From an uncultured Candidatus Sumerlaeota bacterium (GTDB taxonomy: Bacteria > Sumerlaeota > Sumerlaeia > MWCT01): a DNA stretch of 50,306 nucleotides. A program made the position numbers and the translations under genes. Location: contig CAZGKP010000001.1 of the NCBI GenBank assembly GCA_964526215.1, positions 1 to 50,306 of the forward strand, given 5' to 3'. Shown here one piece after another: positions 1 through 7,599 of the stretch. How positions within the stretch are numbered: position 1 is the stretch's first letter; every line of letters starts with the position of its first letter. The notes under the pieces are model-generated. The model was not told where the DNA came from. It worked only from the letters and a program-made list of their open reading frames with translations, and did not search any database.

Positions 1-62
1 CCTCTAAAGAAGTCTGCTTTTCGTAGCTTTGCCAAGATGCGCCCAAATCGCCTTATCCCAGA

Positions 63-890
63 CTAAAAAGATGTCTCTAGCTTTGATAGATGTTTCTGGG
101 CACGGTCAATATGTTTCTGGTCTCCCATTGCCTGACTCAGTTGAAGGACTTTTTCCCACGTTTCAATGGCTTTTGTCCGCCAGGATGGCTTTTTTTCATA
201 CACAATAGCCAGGTTATTGTATGCGGGGACATAATCGGGGTCGAGCTTGAGGGCATCAAGGTATTTCTCAATCGCCTTTTCGTAATCACCCTGTCGCATC
301 AATTCCACCGCCTTGCGGCAATATTCATCAACCTGTTCGGCGGTTGACTTGCCGGCAGGAGGGACACTCACAGGAGCCGGTTCGACTATTGGCTCCGCCT
401 CGACGGCAACCTTTGCAGGCTGCTCGGATGAAGCGGGTATGGGGGCAACTTTCGGCGTGGCAGATTCCTCATCACCTCCGGCGGGACTGGGTGCCATCTT
501 TCGGGGTAGATGCTCTTCCTCGCTGATTTCCTTTATCAAATATTCCTTTCTCGCGAAGGTGCGTTTCAAGATCTCCGCCTCGGAACCCGTAATTATGTCG
601 AATATACTGTCAAGTTTTGAGACGTAAAGGATGTCGTTGACGCCATCCGATGGTGAAACGAGGACGAGACGCGCCTTGTTTTTATTGGACGTCATCTTGA
701 GTCCCACAAGGACACCCAGCCCCGCGCTATCAATAAAGTCCACCCCGGACAGGTCAATGTAAACCTGGTTAATTCCCTTATCTATAAGAGGTAGCGCAGA
801 ATTCTTAAACTGTTCACAGACGTCAAGCACGATTCTGCCCATTATGTCTACATAGAGGTTATTATTTGCCCTGTAAATACTGATTTCCAT
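63..890 (-). CDS. STAS-domain (anti-sigma-factor-antagonist-like) protein fused through a Pro/Ala/Glu-rich linker to a C-terminal TPR region
   Basis: 275-aa ORF. The N-terminal ~110 aa carry a SpoIIAA/RsbV-type STAS signature (IDLSGVDFIDSAGLGVLVGL). A low-complexity linker follows (PAGGDEESATPKVAPIPASSEQPAKVAVEAEPIVEPAPVSVPP). The C-terminus is TPR-like (YEKAIEKYLDALKLDPDYVPAYNNLAIVYEKK). Confidence 0.8.
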   Translation of the reverse strand: MEISIYRANNNLYVDIMGRIVLDVCEQFKNSALPLIDKGINQVYIDLSGVDFIDSAGLGVLVGLKMTSNKNKARLVLVSPSDGVNDILYVSKLDSIFDIITGSEAEILKRTFARKEYLIKEISEEEHLPRKMAPSPAGGDEESATPKVAPIPASSEQPAKVAVEAEPIVEPAPVSVPPAGKSTAEQVDEYCRKAVELMRQGDYEKAIEKYLDALKLDPDYVPAYNNLAIVYEKKPSWRTKAIETWEKVLQLSQAMGDQKHIDRAQKHLSKLETSF

Positions 891-953
891 AAGCGATTGC
901 CTCCATGTCTTCCACTATTTCGTTGTCGGCTATGAGCATCGAGAGCTACTCCC

Positions 954-1139
954 CTATTCAGCTTCGAGTCCCTCATCGAGCGGTTTAGCCTTGTCTAAAA
1001 GGAGCTCGGGGATTCCGTCAGTTATAGGGAAGCGAAGCCGACAGGCGGTGCAGTCCAGTACGTTCTCGTCTCTCCGCCAGGCGAGCTGACCCTTGCATTT
1101 AGGACAAGCCAGAATATCCAGCAACTCTTTTGATATCAT
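954..1139 (-). CDS. Trm112/UPF0434 (YcaR-like) small zinc-ribbon protein
   Basis: 61 aa with paired Cys motifs (ACPKCKG ... CTACRLRFPITDGIP) typical of the Trm112 family. ATGA start/stop overlap with the upstream ORF at 1136-1139. Confidence 0.8.
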   Translation of the reverse strand: MISKELLDILACPKCKGQLAWRRDENVLDCTACRLRFPITDGIPELLLDKAKPLDEGLEAE

Positions 1140-2524
1140 AAAACTTCCTTACCTCTGGTCTCAGATACGGGAGGGGTGCCTTTACTACCTGTTCGAGGGG
1201 AATCTTTGGGTTTTTTCGTCGCCTCTTTGCCAAAGGTCTCAAGGTCAACAAGTATACCTACCACCTGATTGAGAACACTGATAGAGGCATAGACATCCTC
1301 CACGCCCTCTTTGCCCTTTATTGTGTTTATCAAAAGGGCATCCAATTTATAGGTGCGCGGAACGTGTGAGACGGCGTATAGATACTTCGTTACGTTCAGA
1401 TTTGAACCGGAGAATCGAATTAAAATGGGCATAGCGGTAGCCACGAGATCTTCAGGGGGACCTTGAGGTTGTTCCGGTTTAGGACGAGCCCTGAACTCCA
1501 TAGGGAACCCCTCAAAAAACCGCATACGTCCCCTTCCGCCTTCGGGACCGAACTCTGCCGGTCCCCTCATTCTCCCCTCAAACTCCCCCCTGAAAGGAGT
1601 CGGGGTGGGCTTGGGTTTTTCTCCCTTTGCTTCTTCGGTTTTCTGGGTGGTGAAGACTTTCTTTAGTTTATTTAAACTGACCTGTTTAATCTCTTCTATT
1701 TTATGTGTATCTGCCATCTCAATGAGGTCATTCAATGCAAATAATTGCCCGTTGAGTCTTTGCAGTTTATTATCGAGGGCCTTATTCGCGTCCTTATCAG
1801 TCCACTTAATGCGGAGAAGTCCCTGTATCTCTTCATCTGACATTTTGACATCTTTGGGTTTCTCTTTTATAATCAGCCGATAGTGGCAGAAGCGGTTGAT
1901 GAAAGGGACATATTCGCCAAACTTGGAGAGGGCGTTTATGCGTGGTTCGTCTATGCCTATTTCTTTGAGGAGGGCGCTATATGCCCGGAGTTTATCCTGA
2001 CGGACAACCTCGTTATCTATAACCTTAAGAATCTGGCTTATACCGTGTAATTGAGAGATAACATCCCACAGACGCTCAGGGCGTTTGCGAATATCCTTGG
2101 GGAGTACGGTTGGTATATCCCACCCCTTCTCGTCCAGAAAAGTCAGCTTGGTGTTCTTGAGAGTTTCACTGAAGGAAAATAGCCTCTCAATTTGTTCACT
2201 GAAATCCCTTCTCCGTTTTTCAAGGGATTCAGCACTGCCATCAATGTAGTATTTAGGGATGTCAATTTTGAGGTTCTTGATGATGTCTTTAAATTCCTGC
2301 TCGAATTTTTTGTTATTCTCCTCATATCGGGTGATACGCACTGGGTCTTTCGCCTGCCCCACAAGGTTTTTCACGTCGTTCTTTGCCTTCTTCCAGTCTC
2401 GCATAGTGTAATTGTATTCCTTCGCCTTGCGGGAAAACACCACAAGGTGAATGCCTGCAATAAAGAGGATTGTTAATATCCCCCCGATAACCTTCTTTTC
2501 TCGGTTTCCCAGTGTAATTCTCAT
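1136..2524 (-). CDS. Hypothetical N-terminally membrane-anchored, coiled-coil-rich protein, function unknown
   Basis: 462-aa ORF. It has a TM helix GGILTILFIAGIHLVVF near the N-terminus, a K/E-rich helical middle, an Arg/Gly/Phe/Met-rich segment (FRGEFEGRMRGPAEFGPEGGRGRMRFFEGFPMEFR) and a compact C-terminal domain. No nameable catalytic motif. Confidence 0.6.
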   Translation of the reverse strand: MRITLGNREKKVIGGILTILFIAGIHLVVFSRKAKEYNYTMRDWKKAKNDVKNLVGQAKDPVRITRYEENNKKFEQEFKDIIKNLKIDIPKYYIDGSAESLEKRRRDFSEQIERLFSFSETLKNTKLTFLDEKGWDIPTVLPKDIRKRPERLWDVISQLHGISQILKVIDNEVVRQDKLRAYSALLKEIGIDEPRINALSKFGEYVPFINRFCHYRLIIKEKPKDVKMSDEEIQGLLRIKWTDKDANKALDNKLQRLNGQLFALNDLIEMADTHKIEEIKQVSLNKLKKVFTTQKTEEAKGEKPKPTPTPFRGEFEGRMRGPAEFGPEGGRGRMRFFEGFPMEFRARPKPEQPQGPPEDLVATAMPILIRFSGSNLNVTKYLYAVSHVPRTYKLDALLINTIKGKEGVEDVYASISVLNQVVGILVDLETFGKEATKKPKDSPRTGSKGTPPVSETRGKEVL

Positions 2525-2948
2525 TGTTCTTTCTCCCCCCGGTTAAATATGGGAGTTTCTACAATTTTTATCTTCTTCACTCACACATCTGATACAAATT
2601 TAAGCCCCATAAGCGGGCATCTGTCAATTAAAATAATTCCGGCATTCTATCCGCGGGGGCATCTCCCGAATGCGGGAATATAGGATTAGACCCTTCTTCC
2701 GGGAATAGACCTCCTGCAGGGTTTGACCCCTTGTCCGCCTGATATGCGAGACTGACTATTGTTGTCCCGTTTGCTGCCCGGCGGGTTAACTTTGAACCCC
2801 TTGATGATGTATCCTCTCTCTTCACCTGAACCGTTACGATAGTTCTTGATTTTATGTGGCGCTTTCAATTAGTTTTTTTTTCATTGTTGAGAAATTCCCC
2901 CCGGGTTTTTATCCCGCATAAACTTGTAAATCACAAGAGGTGTCTCAA

Positions 2949-4271
2949 ATGGTATTTATCCCTAATCCCTATATTGTGATGAAGGATGGCACGATAAAAC
3001 AGGTAAACCCATTTACAGGGACAGAGGTCTGGTTTATCCCGGGGCGCGGACGTAAACCCGACCCGAATGCCCGCCCAAAAGCGGCTCGAAAGATTGAGAT
3101 TCATAACCCTGAAGACTACTGCGACTTCTGCGAGAAATTCTACCTGAATACGCCGCCGGAGAAGTCCCGCCTCGTCCGGCATCCAGACGGCAACTATGAA
3201 TACATTGAGCACGCTCCGGCTTCAGAACTTTGCGCAACCAAACCCCTCTTTCGCCGCATATCCAATCTCTTCGAGATTGTCTCCACCGATTACTGGAAAA
3301 GGAACTACGATTATTATCTATCCGATAAAAATGCCGCGTGGAAAAATAAATACCTCTACGATACCGCCGGGGTACAACATACGCTCAAGGTTCTGCATCA
3401 TAAGCTGAAGCTGGCGAAGAAGACGGATGATGAGATTGAACGAATGCCGATTGAGGAGAAGTTCAAGATGGCTGATGCCTTTTTCGGGGGCGGGCACGAA
3501 CTCGTAATCGGCGGACATCACCTTCGTAAGGGCGCTGAATACGACACGGATTTGTGGTCACCGGGCGAAATGACAACTGAGGAACACTTTTATTTCTTCA
3601 AATTCACCATCCGTGCCGCACAGGACATCTATGAAAATAATCGCTATGTGCGCTACATAAGTATCTTCCAGAACTGGCTGGCACCAGCGGGGGCTTCGTT
3701 TAATCATATACACAAGCAGCTTGTTGCGCTGGATGAATGGGGGACATCCGTCCATCGCGAGGTAGAACTCGTCCGCCAGAACCCCAATATTTATAATGAG
3801 TATGCCACCAATTTCGCCAGCTACCACAACCTCGTCTTCGCCGAGAACGAATACGCAATCGCATTTGTATCTATCGGACACCGCAGCCCGACTCTGGCAA
3901 TTTACTCCAAAAGCAGAAACTGCCGCCCTGAAGAACATACCGATGAGGAAATCCGCGGCTTCTCCGACCTGGTCCATGCCTGCCACGTCGCAATGGGCAG
4001 CAGTATCCCCTGCAATGAAGAATGGTATTATCTCCCCAGAGATGCGGTTGAGAGAATCCCCTGGCACATCCTCATCAAGTGGCGCACAAACACACCTGCC
4101 GGTTTCGAGGGCGGCACAAAGATTTACACAAATACCCTCTCGCCATTCGAGTTGCGCGATTTGATTGTCCCTCGTCTGTATGAATTCAGAGAGAAGGGCA
4201 AAGTGAACGTTAAGTATATAGCTACAGAGTGCCCTGCAAAGGCAAATTCCCTCCAGTATTACGTGAGGTGA
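2949..4271 (+). CDS. GalT/HIT-superfamily nucleotidyltransferase-like protein (DUF4921-like)
   Basis: The ORF is open from GTG 2940, and ATG 2949 lies ~9 nt after AAGAGG. It has a His-x-His-x-Gln motif (FNHIHKQL) and an N-terminal CxxC (DYCDFCE), as in galactose-1-phosphate uridylyltransferase-type enzymes. The family call is from memory of motifs only. Confidence 0.55.
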   Translation: MVFIPNPYIVMKDGTIKQVNPFTGTEVWFIPGRGRKPDPNARPKAARKIEIHNPEDYCDFCEKFYLNTPPEKSRLVRHPDGNYEYIEHAPASELCATKPLFRRISNLFEIVSTDYWKRNYDYYLSDKNAAWKNKYLYDTAGVQHTLKVLHHKLKLAKKTDDEIERMPIEEKFKMADAFFGGGHELVIGGHHLRKGAEYDTDLWSPGEMTTEEHFYFFKFTIRAAQDIYENNRYVRYISIFQNWLAPAGASFNHIHKQLVALDEWGTSVHREVELVRQNPNIYNEYATNFASYHNLVFAENEYAIAFVSIGHRSPTLAIYSKSRNCRPEEHTDEEIRGFSDLVHACHVAMGSSIPCNEEWYYLPRDAVERIPWHILIKWRTNTPAGFEGGTKIYTNTLSPFELRDLIVPRLYEFREKGKVNVKYIATECPAKANSLQYYVR

Positions 4272-4305
4272 GTGTACGACTCTGGCAGATAAGGCATCTG
4301 GGACG

Positions 4306-4641
4306 GTGAGAAAACACAAGAACATCTACGTTGGCGACTATGTCCGCCTGAACGAGGATTATGTCCGTCAGTGGGAAAGCGAGAAGTCCACCCGCCTGCG
4401 GAACCTCCGCGAAACCATATTCCTCGTAATTGACACCTGTTATTGTTATGCATCCGAGTCCGGGGGAGGTGGTATGTTACTCACATTGAAGCCATTCACC
4501 GGACCTCTGGTAGAAGAGGGCGCGCTTCTGGGGAGGAGCGAAGAATCAGTCGAGGCACTCGACCCTACCTATGTGGATGAAGTGTTTTCCCGTTATATAG
4601 AGCAGAGACATCTGGAACAACAGAGCGTGTCTAAATTATGA
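4306..4641 (+). CDS. Hypothetical protein
   Basis: 111-aa ORF (GTG start) that fills the gap between two same-strand genes. No recognisable motif, so coding status is uncertain. Confidence 0.35.
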   Translation: MRKHKNIYVGDYVRLNEDYVRQWESEKSTRLRNLRETIFLVIDTCYCYASESGGGGMLLTLKPFTGPLVEEGALLGRSEESVEALDPTYVDEVFSRYIEQRHLEQQSVSKL

Positions 4642-4725
4642 TTTCCCTGCCGACCATAATCGGGAACTGATGCAGCTTTTCCGCAAAGTATCGTCTCCGA
4701 TTTTGTGAAGGCAGAGGAATAAATT

Positions 4726-5676
4726 ATGCTTACCATTCAACCATTTGAAGCAACTGACACAAGCGAATTTCTCAGTCTCTGGGCGGCGGTGCTTCCGCTG
4801 GACGCTATTACACTGAACATATTCGAACGCAAGGTATTGCTTGACGTGAACCGTGAACCCGATAGCCTCGTGGTCGCCGAAGAAAACGGGCGCCTCGCAG
4901 GTTTTGCGCTCCGCCTCGTCCTCAAACGCCCGATAGAGAATGTCGGACTACGTCCCGATGATGGCTTTATCACTGCATTCGGCGTGCATCCCGATTTAAG
5001 GCGACGCGGCATCGGCTCGGCACTCCTCGAAGATACACTCCACTGGTTCGAGAAACGTAACCGAAAAAAAATCCTTATCTCCCCATACACCCCGAACTAC
5101 TTTGTCCCCGGCATAGACAAAGAAGCATACCGAGATGGCGTGAGATTCTTTGAGAAATTCGGCTTCGTTGAATATTACGAGGCAATAGCAATGGATGCCC
5201 AAATCTCAAAATTCACGCTTACGCAAAAGGTTCTGGAAAAAGAAGAGAGATTACGAAAAGAGGGCATCGAGATTCGCCCTTACTACCGTGAGGATTTATG
5301 TGCATACCTCGATTTTCTTGGAGCCGAAATGCCCGGACCCTGGCTGGAGGATGCACGCCGCAACCTCATTGACCTCACGCGGGGACTCTATGAAGAGGAT
5401 TGCATCTTCATTGCCCTCGACCGGGGCAAAATTGTTGGTTTCTGTCAATATGAGGGAAGTCATTTCGGTCCATTCGGTGTCGTGGAGGGATACCAGGGGC
5501 GGGGGATAGGTTCGGTGTTACTTGCGCAGACGCTTTATCGTATGCGGCAGAAGGGCTATCATTGTGCGTGGGTATTATGGACGGGTGAAAAGGCAGCGAA
5601 AGGTGTGTATGAGCGATTAGGTTTCACAACAACGCGCCGCTTCGCAATGGTGAAAAGAGATATAGTTCAGAAGTAA
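4726..5676 (+). CDS. Tandem-domain GNAT family N-acetyltransferase
   Basis: 316 aa with two acetyl-CoA-binding GNAT motif-A segments (RRRGIGSALLEDTLHWFEK and QGRGIGSVLLAQTLYRMRQKG). Confidence 0.8.
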   Translation: MLTIQPFEATDTSEFLSLWAAVLPLDAITLNIFERKVLLDVNREPDSLVVAEENGRLAGFALRLVLKRPIENVGLRPDDGFITAFGVHPDLRRRGIGSALLEDTLHWFEKRNRKKILISPYTPNYFVPGIDKEAYRDGVRFFEKFGFVEYYEAIAMDAQISKFTLTQKVLEKEERLRKEGIEIRPYYREDLCAYLDFLGAEMPGPWLEDARRNLIDLTRGLYEEDCIFIALDRGKIVGFCQYEGSHFGPFGVVEGYQGRGIGSVLLAQTLYRMRQKGYHCAWVLWTGEKAAKGVYERLGFTTTRRFAMVKRDIVQK

Positions 5677-5915
5677 AAGCCGAAGAAATGACAAATCACA
5701 AAAGAGTCGTTTAATTGCGCTGTTAGAGCGGATTAAAGCCCATTGCCAGTATTTTATTTGCGCTCGTGCCAGACAGTGTAAGTATCTCTATACTTTGTAC
5801 TGAGATAAAAATTGGCAAATCTCACGCAGAGCCAAGGAAGAGTAATGCCGAAAAATGCAGCAAATCTAATATCTACGGGAGTAACACTCACACGCACTAA
5901 ATGTATCTCTTCGGT

Positions 5916-7148
5916 TTATTTGGGGATATCAAACGCTAAGACCTTCAGGATGATTTCTCGGGCAATGTCGTCACGATGATGTAAGATATATCGGAAGCCA
6001 GTTTCTGAAGGGTATTGGATTTGACGTTTGAAGTTTGAGTGATTTTTAACTACTTCTGGGATTTGTTTCAAAACATTTGAAAAGTTCTTGTTTCGATTGA
6101 AAATCAGCAGAGCTGCTTTACAATCTCGCCATGTTAAGTAACCGAGTATTTGGTCTATCGTTTTTTTAAGAACTTTTTGCCCCTTCCAAAACTTACACTC
6201 CGCAATAAAGATGTTTCTGCCGTTCACACGTATTAAAATATCTGTTTGCCCTTCAAAGTTGAAAGTTTCGCCTGTTGCTTGTCCTTCATATTGACCATTG
6301 AGTTGAACCAGAAAGTGTTGACGAAGATCCTCCTCTTCCATTGACGTAAATGCTTTTGGACTTCTCTCCATCACCTGCACCATATTAGAAATAACTGATA
6401 AAATATGTTCATAGTCTTTCTTATCAAGCTCCGGCTCGGGCACAAATGGTCCCGTTCCTTGCGGAGATGGTTTTAGTCTGGTTTTTCTCTTTATTGTAGG
6501 AACGGTATATGTTTTCAGGGCACTATCTCTTCGTTTCAAAGGAAAGCCAAGAGAGGCAACTAATCCTTTATCTTTAAGCAATTTATTTCGCCGCCATTCT
6601 ATCCTTTTGTTTAGCCTTTGCCTGAGCGACTTATTATATTCTGAAACATCTTGTCTTATCTGCCTCAACAGAGTTTTAATCTCATTTAATTCCCTATTAA
6701 AATCTCCCATCAAATTTTCTTTTCTAATGTCCGTTCCTCGGTAAGAAATGATCAGCTCTCTCGGCGTCACAGTTGCTCGTGGAAGACCCAGTGCAAACTG
6801 AGAAGGTCTATATTCAAAAAATTCGGTGTTACCTTCAAAGGGAACGTAAAATCGTATCTCTGTTCCCTTGATATAGAACGGACCATTTCGATCACGAATA
6901 TACCGTCGAGGGTCTTGACTTACATCAATATTAACTTCTTCCTGATCTACAGTTATTTCATCTTCTTTTAATTGCGGAATGTCAAATTTGTATTTCTCTT
7001 CAAAGTAATCGCAAAGATCTTCAATACTGGTGTTAAGCAAACTGTCTCCATCGTAAGCATCAATTTCTTTTTTCATCTTTTCTCGCTGGATATCTAAAAT
7101 TATGTAAAGCGGAGGATCTGAAAATAACGTTTTACCTTTAGCGAGCAT
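5916..7148 (-). CDS. Hypothetical protein with a C-terminal PD-(D/E)xK (restriction-endonuclease-fold) motif; N-terminal ~250 aa unassigned
   Basis: 410-aa ORF. D303-x13-E317-C-K319 (GQTDILIRVNGRNIFIAECKFWKG, DNA 6192-6242) fits the PD-(D/E)xK pattern. The gene is markedly AT-richer than its flanks and is bracketed by 239-bp and ~450-bp non-coding gaps. Confidence 0.6.
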   Translation of the reverse strand: MLAKGKTLFSDPPLYIILDIQREKMKKEIDAYDGDSLLNTSIEDLCDYFEEKYKFDIPQLKEDEITVDQEEVNIDVSQDPRRYIRDRNGPFYIKGTEIRFYVPFEGNTEFFEYRPSQFALGLPRATVTPRELIISYRGTDIRKENLMGDFNRELNEIKTLLRQIRQDVSEYNKSLRQRLNKRIEWRRNKLLKDKGLVASLGFPLKRRDSALKTYTVPTIKRKTRLKPSPQGTGPFVPEPELDKKDYEHILSVISNMVQVMERSPKAFTSMEEEDLRQHFLVQLNGQYEGQATGETFNFEGQTDILIRVNGRNIFIAECKFWKGQKVLKKTIDQILGYLTWRDCKAALLIFNRNKNFSNVLKQIPEVVKNHSNFKRQIQYPSETGFRYILHHRDDIAREIILKVLAFDIPK

Positions 7149-7599
7149 CTTACTTTAACCCCATAAGATCATTAAAATTCGGCAGAATAAAATTAGCAAT
7201 AAGCTAACCTCGAAAAGTGTGGAAACAAAAAGAAGGCAGTCGGGACATCTTAGATGAATTTTCGTAAAAAATCCAAGCGAAAGGCCCTAAAAAAGAAGAT
7301 GCCTTACTCTTTAACAGAAAAGTAGTATTTCTGAATTCTTGGCGTCAAGTCCTATATAGGAGAGTTTGGAGTTGCGATTTGAGAACTGTATCTTGCCCTT
7401 TTGGGTGCCGCAGGGCAAAGGAGGTGTATGCTGGTGAGTTTTCAAACCACACAGGCAAAAGATACAAGAAGGTTTATAATGCCATGGCTATTATTGGAAA
7501 AACTTTGAAGTGCTAAAGACTTTTCCTTCTATGGGCTTTCAGTTCCTGCTTGACTGTGGCGCAATATTTTCGCCAGATACATAATGATTGTGGGGGATT

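Noticed and set aside
2628-2868. Two overlapping minus-strand ORFs (65 and 60 aa) and possible riboswitch matches in the 415-bp intergenic region.
   Set aside because: The ORFs lack start context and recognisable sequence. By-eye comparison with TPP, SAM-I, cobalamin, c-di-GMP-I, glycine and guanidine-I consensus cores found no match.
3558-4325. 255-aa minus-strand ORF.
   Set aside because: It is antisense to the GalT/HIT-like gene, which carries recognisable motifs. The ORF itself has no motifs and no start context.
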